DNA of 64,000 bases from Anthoceros angustus (GCA_010909165.1 VJWM01000192.1:310001-374000); one strand, 5' to 3'; positions 47,901-60,096 are shown, numbered from the stretch's first letter. Translations and numbers: made by a program. Notes: generated by a model not told the origin, from the sequence alone.

Positions 47901-50717
47901 AGGAGGAAGAGGAAATGGATCTGGCCATCCTAACGCCTAAGGGCATGGCAGCTTTGGAGGCCGAAGTGGCCGGATGGTATGAGGAGAGACGGGCTGTATT
48001 GGACATAGCCAGGCAAGCGAGTGAAGAAGCACCCGAGACCACCCCCCGTAGGACCTTCCTTGGTGGGAGCATCGGACGAGGAAGAGGGAGGTAAGCCTGA
48101 TCCTACCAGTGCATCTACACGGGTAGACACTATGGCGGCCAGGGGAAATTCGTCTTCTCTGAAGGGAGGACAGGAAGAAAGGGGAGAAGACCCCGGAGGG
48201 AAAACTGTGGAGCTACCTAAGTCCACTGGTAGGTGTGGAGAGGTAGGAGGTGTACCTCCTACCAATGGTATGGTAGGAGGGGAACCTCCTACGGATGAAC
48301 CGGTAGGTGGAGCACCCCCTACCAGAGAAGAAGGGGAGATTGTTTCTTCCTGTGGAAGACCACATGTACACTAACCCCTCTCCGAAGTGTCGGGATGAAC
48401 GATTTTTTTTGTTTTGGGTGTGTTAGTATAGCAAAGTGCTTTGAGAATCGCTGGTAAGGCCTTTATACGGAATGGTCCTTGGCCCTTGGTGATAATAATT
48501 TTCTTTTTTTCGGACCTTAGGTTTCGACCCCGGATAGGTAGGTCGGAAATAGAGTTCTTGGGTTTTGGTGATTTTTGGAATATGAGGTGTCTATATATGC
48601 TAGGAACGCTGACAATATGCCACAGTTGGGTAGTCAAGTGGGGAGGTGGCCAGTTCCACCACGGTGGCCGAAGAACGGGACGTACAGACCAGGGGGAGTT
48701 TACAACCCTAGTGGCGGAGCTACCGCCACCGAGCGCAATCGAGAGAAGGACACACGACCGCGAGGTCGCGTCCCGTGCCAGACGCCGAGCGAAGCCGGCA
48801 GAAAGCCGGGCGCGCACATGCAAGGCGCTGGGCCGAGTCTTTGTTTCATTGCAGTAGAACGGGTCATGTCGAACGGGCGGTGGCGGCGGAGGAAGGAAAC
48901 CAGTGGCGGCGGAGGAAGGAAAAGAGGCGCTGAGGCAAGAGCGCCAGCGCGAAGAGGAGTGGAAGAAGCGTGCAAGGGTGGTGTTCCCTTTTTCTGACCA
49001 GCGTCTGCAGGTGGGTCGAGTTTCTTTTTTCTGGGGAAACAAGGAGGAGAGGGAGGGGGTAGAAACTACTGGCTGCACATCTTGACCGCCACAGGAGTTT
49101 ACCAGTTGTTCCTTCGAATAGGAGCTGGCGCCTACCCCCCGCAGGTAGTGCTGGAGGAGATGAGCGAGGCGGAGGCCAGAGCATGGAGGGAGGAGCACAC
49201 GGTATGGCTGTCCAGTGAGGAGGAGCGGGACAACGGATGTAGAGGCCACAGGCGCGCAACGCCCACGGAAAGGCGCGAGGAAACCGCAGGCAGCGAGAGC
49301 GAGGTGGAGGTTTTGGGGAAAATCGCTCGGATCAGAGGCGTGGCGGCGAGAGGGACCTATGGGTCAGAGCTGTGCAAGCGAGTGAAGAAGCACCCGAGAC
49401 CACCCCGTGGGACCTTCCTTGGTGGAGCATCGGACGAGGAAGAGGGAGGTGGCTGATCCTACCAAAGGCATCTACAGGTAGACACTATGGCGGCGGGGGA
49501 AAATCTTCTCCAAGGAGGACGGGGAAGAAAGGGAGAAGACCCCGGGAAAACCTGTGGAGCTACCTAAGTCCACCTGGTAGGTGTGGAGAGGTAGGAGGTG
49601 TACCTCCTACCAATGGTATGGTAGGAGAGGGAACCTCCTACTACGGATGAACCCAGTAGGTGGAGCACCCCCGTAGAAGAAGGGAGATTGTTTCTTCCTG
49701 GAAGACCACATGTACACTAACCCCTCTCCAAGTGTCGGGATGAACGATTTTTTGTTTTGGGTGTGTTAGTATAGCAAAGTGCTTTGAGAATCGCTGGGCG
49801 GGCCTTTATACGGGAATGGTCCTTGGCCCTTGGTGATAATAATTTTCTTCGGACCTTAGGTTTCGACCGGATAGGTAGGTCGGAAATAGAGTTCTTAGGT
49901 TTTGGTGATTTTTGGAATATGAGGTGTCTATATATATGCTAGGAACGCCGACAATATGCCACAGTTGGGTAGTCAAGTGGGAGGTGGCCGCCCACCACGG
50001 TGGTCAAGAACATGGCAGGGGACGTCTGGAGTTTACAACCCTAGTGGCGGGCTGGCGCGCGGTCGGGCGCAGGCGAGAGAAGGACACACCCGGCACATGA
50101 GGTCGCCAATTCGAGCCAGGGGACGTCGAGCTGCGGCAAAAGGCGGCGCCATGCAATGCGCTGGGCCGAGTCTTTGTTTCATTGCAGACAGTAGAAGCGG
50201 GCGCGTCTAATGTCGAGCGGTGGCGGCGGAGGAAGGAAACCAGTAGCAGTAGCGAAGGAAAAGAGGCTGAGGCAAGAGCGCCAACGGTGAAGAGGAGTGG
50301 GCGTGCAAGGGTGGTGTTCCTTTTTCGACCACGTCGCAGTGGGTCGAGTTTCTTTTCGGGGAAACAAGGAGGAGAGGGAGGTAGAAACTCGCACATCTTG
50401 ACCGCCATGAGGAGTTTACCAGTTGTTCCTTGAATAGGAGTCGGCGCCTACCCCGCAGTAGTCTTGGAGAAGAGCGAGGCGGAGGCCGGAGCATGGAGGG
50501 AGGAGCACACTGCATTATGGCTGGTCAGTGAGGAGGCGGGACAACGGATGTAGAGGCCAGTGGCGCGCACGGAAGGCGAGGAAACCGCAGTGAGGCAAGA
50601 GCGAGGTGGAGGTTTTAGGGAAAATCGCTCGGATCGGGCGTGGCCGTGAGCGAGAGGACCCCTATGGGCCGTGAGAATCATGAGGCGGCAAATATTGATT
50701 TTAGGCAGGCCGCGACA
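44990..50717 (+). mobile_element. Retroelement accessory-ORF region (plant mobile-domain-like + long coiled coil) with tandem duplications
   Basis: LKMEWLY..PTLVHEC..NGWRVSMF..VDWASILYE..FVSTFLVHLYHREEVL (45000-45884), then a 454-aa coiled-coil ORF (46730-48094). Same architecture as the 7-21 kb elements. Duplications 46219-46851/46852-47520 and ~48015-49375/49376-50670. Confidence 0.65.
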
Positions 50718-50922
50718 TCATAGGTCCGAGGTTTCCTTTTGGGGTTAGGGGATAGGGTGTTCTGAGAGCCTGCAGAGCTGTAGTTTCCTGGATTGGTAGG
50801 GGTGCTCGTGGTAAGAGCTACAATTTTTAGACACTGGCGATGCGTCTCCTGCTGATTGGCTCCTTCACCCTCTTTTTGCTCATGTCCCCTCCCCAGCTTC
50901 TGTCTTCTTCCTAGCTTGTGGG

Positions 50923-53900
50923 CCCTACTAGAAATGGGCACCCTATGTTACACTTTATGTTAAGATTTGGACCCCTGGATGTAACACTCATGTTGCAATT
51001 TTGGGGTCATGTAACACTTTTTGGGCCCCTTGTTACACTTTGGCTTGGAAACCATACTACGGCTGTTGTTGCAATCATGTTGCAATGGTGTTGCACTTAT
51101 GTTAAGATGAAGTGAGAGGTGGTTTTTCCCTCTCTCAAAATTGCAACATGATTGCAACATCTAAAGTGTTACAAGAGAGGTCTTGTAATACTTTTGGAGG
51201 CTTGGTACCGAACCTCCTCCCCATCCACCATTGCCCTTTTACTTTTCCCCTTTGAAATACCACGTTTTACTTGGTAGTTACCACCGATACGCCCTTCAAT
51301 ACGACCATATATAAATACCTATACCAATACATCCTTATACTATACGCATGTACTCTACGGTGATAAATGTACTATATTATTCTAAGTGCTATACATTCGT
51401 ATTCAATTTCATATAAAATAAGTTTGTATATTACGCGTATTATATAGTACACTGGTATGTACATATTCATGGTACGATACTTTGTATTTACTATACCTGT
51501 AAATAGCGACGGCCCTTTATACCCCTACTTTATAGCATGCTGGCTTGCGATTTGTCCTTCCCACGTCACCAATAGCCATCGGCTTCCTGCCATGGCGCCC
51601 AAGAAGATACTGTCCCCACCTATCACCTTATTGTAACGCATCACAGTGAGGTTATGCCCCTACAAGATTGTGCTGTGCGGAGGAGATTTGGTATCGTTGG
51701 CTTATGCTTTTACGCCTCCATGTAAGGCACTTCCTACTCCATCGTATGCACCTACAGAAACTTCCGCCTCCTGCTCGATTCGCAATTTTCTTCTTCCTCC
51801 CCTATGCTCGCCGAGGCAAGGTTTGCCACTTCCACGCTTCCTCCTCGCCCGCAGTACACGTTGCACATACAAACCAGCATGGCCATCATGAGTTATCGAG
51901 CGTTAATGGATTTCCACAGCAAAGCTGACCATTTGCCTTACCTTCCCTCCATTCCCTCCTCTTTTCTTCTGCCCTTCTTGTTGGACATTTTCCTCTTCCG
52001 TCCTCCTTCTTCCGGCTGTCGCAGCCCGTGCCCTTGTCACTCGCCCACCGCCGGCTGCCGCCTCTACTCCTCCTCCCGTTTTCCTCTTTCGGCCTCCAAC
52101 ACCATAATATTTGAACCGGCGGAATATACGAACCGAAAACCCGGACCAAATTGGGTTCCCATCCAAATCGTAGTCCGTAAGTTTAGTGCTTGAGGTTTGC
52201 GCATCCCGTTTTGTGGGTGCTTTCACACGAATGTGGGTATGTTGGTGCATTCGGACCTCTCAGACGGTTTAATGTCTTATAGGTGTGAAACGAGATCTAC
52301 GGATATTTTGCAGCCAAGAAGTCATCCTTGACAAAACGAATAACAATGTCACTCATAGTTAAAGAAGGAAGAACGGCGCGGCATGCGCCTGCCTTAGTTC
52401 TAACCATGCGTTATGGTACTTTCAAAACTAAACTAGACTCACTTCCCCTCGGGGATTCTCGGCTTGAGGCGTGGCTCGGAGGCATTGTCCCGACACGCTA
52501 TCTAACACAACTTCCGTCCTTCGAGTCGAGCATCCTCGGGATCCTCGAAATTGTCGTTTCGACCATAGCATTTCCGTGATATCGACCGCATCCTCCTTGC
52601 TCTTCTCCAAATAGTCGGGATGCCACAATGCGAGACGGTTTCTTGGCGATCATCTATAAGATCTCCGTCTTCTCTTTCATCCCGCTCAACCCAAGTGGGA
52701 CTACGGGCTGGGATGCATCCTTCTCGGACAAGCTCAATTCTTTTGCCCGACTGGGTGGGGCCTCGGCGGTGTGGCTCATGGGTCAACTCCTCCTCTGCGT
52801 CCGGTAAAACTTCATAGCCATGAATCCTTTGCGGAATGAACTCGCAGGCTTTGTCAACCTCCACGGCAATGCAATTTCGCCACAAAGGAGTGCCGCTAAT
52901 GTCGTTGTTCCACTCCACGCATGCATCTAATATCCAATCTCCTTCTGGAGAAGTTCTTGATCAACTTCATCATTAGACCCGGTGGCCTCGATGCGGAAAC
53001 AACCAGCTTGTCGACATGTATAATAACTTCTTCACCACGGTGTGTGTGCAATAACCGCCGCCCATTATTGAAAGAGCCACGCAAGGTATTCGAAAGATGG
53101 ACACCTTTGTCTTCTTGCTCGTGCGGTCACACCCACCCCACGATGATGTACTCCATGTCAAAGCCTCCTTGGTCATTGTGCATATTAGTTTTGTCCCAAA
53201 CAAATGAGACCATGCCTCCACCTGCACACCACTTCCTCATACTCTCCCTGACAATATGCAGCTCTTCCACACCATGCATTACTATCATTCTGATCTCGTC
53301 GCACATTGTCATATCATGGAAGGAATGAAATATGTTTGCCATTTGCGCCTGCTCAAGTTTGACATCATACTTCCCCTTGTTGAATCCCCTGGGGACATCC
53401 ATCACCAGCGTTGTATACTTCCGACTCCAAAGAAACCCTCTCATTTCTGCCACATCTCTGCGCACCACTTGATACTTCACTAACTCCTCTGTTTTGGGCA
53501 CAGTAAAAGATTGCAGCCCTTCCTCCATGTCCATGTCCGCAAGTGCCCTCTGCTCATCCTCCAGCCCTTTCCATGTGTGGACCTCTAATATAAAAGCACG
53601 GAAATCTTGGTAGCTTTTTCAGGTCTTCAACATCTTTAACTTGCTGCAAAATAACACAAAACAAGTGAGGTTGCCGAAAGTCAGATTGCGGGGACAATAG
53701 GGAAAGGGAGGGCGCCGGCATGCCGGCGCCCTCCAATAGTTCTATACTGGTAAGAACAGCAAAACTCACCTTCCCTTCGAAAGCGGTCTGAAATCTGGCA
53801 ATGACTTCATCCGTTGAGTGCACCGGGTACTCCTTCCTCACCATCTCGAATGAATTGCAGCCTAGATGCTTCGCCATAGCCACTTGGATCACATGTAGTT

Positions 53901-55545
53901 TCTTCCGAAGAGTGATCTCCTTGGCCATACCATTGAGGTCTATGAGACCTGTCACGACCTTCTCAGTGACACTGATCAACATCTTTTGGCCAGTCTCACC
54001 CGGTGGAATACCCTGAAAACTTCGCCAAGGCTTCCCTTGCATGTCCTTTGGCTTCACAAAACTTTGGTCCACCGACTTCGCCTCATCCGCAGTCTTCCGT
54101 TTCCCCTTGCTCTTTTTGCTTGTCCTGCGGCAACATGTTTGGCTTGTTCTGGCAATTCCATGGCCTCCCACTTCGTGAAGATCTTATCGACATTTTCCCA
54201 CACTCTCCCCTCAAGTTTGGCGATGCAAAGGATATGTGTGCGATTGTCGACCTTGTTTTGCTTGTACTGCTCATCCTCTCTGGCCTCATCATCATCTATC
54301 AAGCCCAGCACCTTATATAGGTTGAACTTCCAGTTCATGGTCATATTGACTCCGTCCCTTTTTGCTATCTGCAACTCATCTCGCAGATACCGAACTTGCT
54401 CAATGAACGTCATCTTCCTCCGTTTGTCAGACATGGTGTTGTGGTCTGTGGCCAGAACCCTCATCTCCTGTAAGTGAGCCCACAATAGACATGGGCTTCC
54501 ATCCATTGGAATCTCGCCTTCGATGGAGATATGTCTGCCAGATGCTTCATCGCTGCATAGGTGTGATTGCCCCCGAGCACTCCCATCACATACTTCTTGG
54601 CTCTAAACTTATTCCAGTCTATAGATTGAATGTCGCTGCAGTCCGATGGGTCAATCATGCACAGTAGAGGCAGCACACCTTCCTCAACCCGACCTTTCGA
54701 AATAACTCGAGCCAGGTAGTTGGTCCATGCCTCGTCCACAATCCGAATCTGTGCATCTGGAGTAAGAAAGGATGCAGGCCTTAAATTCTCTAGCTTCAGA
54801 AGAACTGTTTCCGGAACCACTTTCTTCGCGTAAGCAGACTCTCTGATATTTCGCAAATAATCTTCATCCTGGATGGAGGCCTCCAGCCTCTCCCCATCAG
54901 TCGCAACATGTATAGTCGGAATATCGCTGGTATCGGCAGCTCCTGCTACGACAAACAACATGGCAATGGTGGACGGCAGTGGGAGCATTGCAATTAATTG
55001 TGCCTCTTTCTACACAGCTGTCAACACTGTAGGAACACGTCGTGGACTCATACGTTTGAGTCCACGACTGGTCGGGTACATGGTGCTTGGCATGTATGGG
55101 TTCGACCGTACATTCATGCTAATTGGGAATATAGGGGATTTCTCGACCGTGACGACATCACCATGTCATGGATTCCCATATGGCACATGCCCTAGGATAC
55201 CCACTACATGAAAAAAGAGGCTAGACGTTTTCGCGTTTGCGCAACCCCAACCGGGCGTGAGGACGAGTGGAACCCGCAATTCCACATGGCGCGAGGGTTC
55301 CAACATATTTTAATTTCATGGAGCATTGGAAAATGGCGCGAGGAGAGAGGCCAATCGGACCACACATGGGATGGCTTGGATCTACATTATTCAAAGCCGG
55401 TTCACGATCCCGATCACCAATGAAACAAGAAATGGGGACATGGGTTGGCATAGTCTCTCCCATACCATCTGTTGTTACGTTTTTCTTCACCATAACAAGA
55501 ACTACAACAAAAAAACGTTACATATCCACCTAGTTTGTAGTAGTG
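50923..55545. mobile_element. Putative non-autonomous CACTA/CMC-like DNA transposon carrying MTase copy 2
   Basis: Left CCCTACTAGAAA (50923) and right TTTGTAGTAGTG (55534-55545, reverse complement CACTACTACAAA) match 10/12. Clustered subterminal TGTTAC/GTAACA/TTGCAA motifs in both orientations. No 3-bp TSD and no transposase found. Confidence 0.5.
52502..54988 (-). pseudogene. ParB/Srx-like domain + beta-class N6A/N4C DNA methyltransferase fusion, copy 2 (frameshifted)
   Basis: LKLENLRP..QIRIVDEAWTNYLARVISKG..LPLLCMID..MGVLGGNHTYAAMKHL..EAHVYCGLT/QEMRVLATDHN..KRRKMTFIEQVRYL; YTTLVMDVPRG; VWDK; frameshifted GDWILDAC/GSGTTTLAALLCG/NCIAVEVD at ~52855-52945. Phase-0 intron 53769-53644. True start not located. 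Confidence 0.8.
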
Positions 55546-55996
55546 AATGATGCCGGTGAAGGGGAAGACCAATGTATACGTAGAGGAAGTGTTCAATCTA
55601 CCTTCGCCTGCGTCGAAAAGTGTTTTCAGTCAGGAAGGGGGTGGAAGGAATGAGAAGTTCATCTAGTTGGCCATCTCAAATTTACAAGCAAAGTAGATAG
55701 TAAGTATGATGCAGCAGGGATTGTCTCTGCTTTGCGCATGGCTAGCAAGTTTGTTGGTCTAATGTCTCTGCTTCGTGTGTGGCTAGCAAGTTCGTCAACT
55801 TGAGGATCGACATGATAGATATTGCCAGCTTGATGGGATCTTGAGGTTTGTCGTGAAAAGTTTTACGTTCATGAGTTTGGAGGCTTTGCATACTTCATAT
55901 AGTGTAGCATTTCCTTCCTTCCAGCACATAAGTGAGCATTGGGCGCAAGTGAGCTGCACCTTGAAAACATATAGGTACATATATATACGGTGAAAG

Positions 55997-55998
<2 letters not shown>

Positions 55999-56037
<39 letters not shown>
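55999..56037. repeat. (TA)n microsatellite
   Basis: About 19 uninterrupted TA units. Confidence 0.98.
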
Positions 56038-56043
<6 letters not shown>

Positions 56044-56790
56044 CACCAATAAATAAATATTTTTAGTGCTACATGGTACAAAATATGTATAAATCAAAGA
56101 CTGGAGAAAAAAATTAAAACTTAAACCTCAAAAAACAGACGGAGTAACGCACTGGTGAAATAAGGTAGAAAGATGAAAAATTAAAAGAGGTAAAAGCATT
56201 GGTAGCTGCCCTATTGAGAAGATGCATGTATTGCATGCTTCATGCAATCTCTTATTAGAGAGGAATTGCTGCAGCCACTAATGAAGAGCTGCCTAGGTCC
56301 GAGGATTCTTAGTGCTTAGTGATCTGCAAGAATCCCCTGATTTAGTAGCTGCTTAGTTGAGGCGAGCCTGCGGGATACATGAGCGCTAGAGCAAGGGCTT
56401 AGTATCATTGAGTTTAATGTGCGCTACAAGCCTTGTGTTGAGAGAGTTATCCACAGCTTAAAAGTGAGCTTGTCATTGAGTCAAGGGCAGTGGCCAGTTG
56501 GGCGTAGATAGCCAGACGTATGCAAGTCGTCAATTAACAGCAGGCTACTTGGAGCCTTAGGCTCCAAGTACTAGGCACAGCACAGCACACGATACAACAC
56601 TAGGCTAGTGCTGTGTCGTGAGATTGAGAGTGCTGAGAGTTGTGCAAGTCTCTATGTGGAGTTAACTAGAGAGGTCCTAGACCGCTGGGAAACCAGCACT
56701 TGTCGCTTCCTTACTGGCTGTGTAGTTAGGGGCATGACTGATGTGCACTTTCAATACATCATATGGGCGCGCTCATAGTTTTTAAAATGT

Positions 56791-56956
56791 TGTTTAAATT
56801 TTGGCACCCATACTTGTAAGGACTTGTAGGACAAAAGGGCCGAGGAACTCTTTGGGTGGGGGTGGCAAGAAGGTGTTTAAATTTTGGCACCCATACTTGT
56901 AAGGACTTATAGGACAGAAGGGCATGAGAACTCTTTGGGTGGGGGTGGCAAGAAGG
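56791..56956. repeat. 83-nt tandem duplication
   Basis: TGTTTAAATTTTGGCACCCATAC...GGTGGCAAGAAGG starts at 56791 and at 56874. Confidence 0.93.
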
Positions 56957-57888
56957 TGAGTAGCCCGAAATGGCTGCAAAATTGTGCGCTCTTAAGGAGC
57001 AGGACTTCCCGCTGGCAATGTTCCCCCTGTGTACACACAAAGATTGAAGCATCTTACGCAAACGATCATTCAAAGAAAGTCAGCAAGGTGCAACAATGCT
57101 TAGAATGCAAAAATCAAGACGGCCCCACACACTCCGACATTGCGCATAGGAGCTCGTAATCACAATCCGGAAAAGGAACGAAGCAAAGCAAAACACCGCA
57201 CTCTGGTTGTGGCAAGAATTGCGCACATCGTAGCTACACAGAGCACAATCTAATCCTTTGATGCAAAGGATGCAGGGTTTGCTGGCGCACCGCGTTGGCA
57301 GCAACTAGAACCGAGAAATGATTGCTTTGCACATGGCGTTGTCCATGGCAGCGTGGACCTTGCAAATAGCTTGTTCAACTCCGCCAAGCGCGCCGCCAGG
57401 GCACGGCCGTGTGCTCGTAGCAGGCTGTGCACTGGCAGCACGGACGGCAACGGTGGCACTCCTCGATTGAAGCTTACCTCCAGCGGCCATCTAGGGCTCA
57501 AAGCAGGACGGTGACGAGAGAGGCAGCAAAGCTAGTACGATGCAATCATGGCTCACCTTGCCTCTCGACTGGTCAGCCTTCAGATTTGAGTATCAGCAAT
57601 AACTGCTAGGATTTCCTCGTTAGGACCATCAAATTACAAAGCCGAATACAGCACCAACTGAGTATTATGCGAGAGGGGTGAACAACCATACACCAGAGCA
57701 CATGGGAAATCTGCGCACACTCACAGACCCGTATGGAGCTTTGTACAAAACTAAGCAAAGTGAATTCCTATCACTAATTCTGTTTATGTTCGATGGTCTT
57801 GAGGACACCTCAATCCTAATCCCTAGATCATGAACCCAAAAACCTTAAACCCTAAACCTAAAAAACATCATAAAATATTGTCTTTACA

Positions 57889-59060
57889 TTAAGGTGAATC
57901 TTGAAAGTGCGTATGTGAAGCATTATGTACTTGGAAAAGATTATATTTGGGTCTACCTGCTGCATCTGCAATTCCCCAATGCGTCTCCACCGGATTAAAA
58001 AGATCTGGTTTTTGATTTTCATCTGTTAAACCAAAGAGAAAGACAGTCAAGTGGCGGTGTGGTCTCATAGGAGTTCCCTCTCCCCTGTTCAAGTAGTTCA
58101 CAAGATTTGCGTTGTAGCGATGTGCATTCGCCACATTAGCATATTGATTACCACTAGTAGGCCATCCCGTTTCTGAAACTATAATTCTCATATGCGGGTG
58201 ACCTATTTTGCTTAAAGCCGATACGGCGTAGTCAAAAGAAGCTTGAAAAGCACTAGGATAACTCTGACCTTGAACATGATTATCTTCGAAAGCCCAATTA
58301 AAGGGATAGTTAGAATTAAGAGCATAGAAAGGATATATATTAATTGAAAATGAACCATTATATTCATGGAAGAAGTTTGCTATATCTCTCATGAGGGGTA
58401 ATACCTCTTCCCTGAATGCACCATTGAGAGGATCATTAGAGGGGTCAGGAGCTATCACATCACCACTAAAGGGAATCGTGAGCTTTACAGAATGTAAATT
58501 GTTCGAAGCTAAGACAGAGTGCACATTGTGAAGTGCACTCATCACTTGTGGGCCACGAGCAACAAAATCTGACAAATTTGGCAAATCTGGCTCATTGCCT
58601 AATGCAATATGGCTGTGAACACAGAGAAAACGCTCATGAGCATACATGTTTATCAATTATTATTAAATAATGGATGCATAAACCACAAAAATATAAAAAA
58701 TGTAGGTTATACTCACGTGATACTTGCTCCTCCATTCACATAAGGTAGGATATTTGTCCGAACCCAAGAATGAGCGAAATCTCTATCCGCCATAGCTGTT
58801 ACATTCTCATTTGAACATCCAACCATGACTTCTAGCCTTGCATGGTTTGTTAACTCGTGTAAATATGGATGATCTGGTTCAAAAAACTTGATTCTATTGA
58901 ATCCATATTCATGTATCAAATCAATACCATGTCTTGGGTTGAGTGGATGTGAGGACATCATCCCCCAATTAATACCGATCCCTTCAATTTGCGGAAAGTA
59001 TGGTAATCTACATAATAATAATAATATAAATTGTAAGAATAAAGTTCTTCTCAAAGCCAT
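57889..59060 (-). CDS. Secreted glycoside hydrolase family 17 beta-1,3-glucanase (exons 59060-58717, 58612-57889)
   Basis: Signal peptide, IGINWG, spliced ITHIALGNEP (acid/base Glu), INIYPF, IIVSETGWPTSG (nucleophile Glu), FGLTDENQK..ETHWGI. No X8 domain or GPI tail. Confidence 0.93.
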
Positions 59061-59489
59061 GATGGAAAAAAATAATCCCTGCGTCTTTCAAGAAAAAAAT
59101 CCCTTATGTCATTTCGTACTCAAACTTTTAGATATTAAAAATTCCTAGCTTTAATCTTAGGAGTAACAACCCCTTTCTCCTAGGGGGCACACACACAACT
59201 AAAAGGCAACAACTCACACATGAGTCAAAGGACGACTCAAAGACCATGCGTTGCAGCACCTTACCATGGGGAAAAAAATATTAAGAAGACACCACTTCTT
59301 TCTCTTCCTTCGATCTCCTTCTCAAAGCTCTCTTCCAAGTACATATATGCTAGGCTCCTACCTCTAAACTCCTTATTGCTTCGCAACAACAAGAGTGTGG
59401 AGGAAGTGAAGTGATTGTCTATGAACTACCTCAACCCCTTTTGTTGTGAGACTTTCTTTATCCCAATATAACTATTTTCTTGAGTCTAT

Positions 59490-60020
59490 TTTTTTGGCTT
59501 TGTTAAACCTTAAGCAAGTTTTAATTACCATCAATATTAATTTATTAACTTCGATCCAGCTTTAAACATGTTGGCTTTCTTATACCTCAAGCAAGTCTTA
59601 AATATCACTAATCTTCACTTACTAACTTTAATCCAAGATAATTAGCTTTCTTAAGCCTTAAGAAAGTCTTAATTATCATTATTTTTAACTTATTAACTTT
59701 AATCCAGCCTTAAATATGGTGTCTTTCTTAAATCTTAAGCAAGTCTTATCTATCACTAATCTTAAATTACTAATTTCAATTAATCCCTAAACATATTGGC
59801 TTTCTAAAGCCTTAAGCAAGAGTTAATTACTATCAATCTTGTTTTATTACTTTAATTCAGTCTTAAACACGTTGGCTTTCTTAGACCTTAAGCAAGTCTT
59901 AGTTGTCACTTATTTTCAATTACTAATTTTAGTCTAAGATACTTAATTTTCTTAAACCTAAATCCATTAAATTATTAATCTTCATTTCTTAAATCATTAA
60001 TTTCAACTTAATAACTTCAA
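59490..60020. repeat. AT-rich degenerate tandem repeat, ~71-78-nt unit, about 7 copies
   Basis: TTGGCTTTC..CCTTAAGCAAGTCTTAATTA..TTA(C/T)TAACTTT recurs near 59494, 59571, 59642, 59718, 59796, 59872, 59945. Confidence 0.85.
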
Positions 60021-60096
60021 TTTCTTTTAAAGCAATGGAGACTTTTTAAAAAAGAAAGATTGGAAAACCCATCTACCCGAACCGAGGGGGGACACA

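Noticed and set aside
51163-51210. Helitron 3' end
   Set aside because: Hairpin is AT-rich and is not followed by CTRR at the expected distance on either strand.
57000-57600. Cys-rich minus-strand ORF fragments
   Set aside because: Short, broken and without a recognisable domain.
57833-57865. Telomere-like AAACCCT motifs
   Set aside because: Only one perfect unit among degenerate ones; not an array.
59490-60020. CRISPR-like array
   Set aside because: Whole units are degenerate copies with no unique spacers; eukaryotic context and no cas genes.
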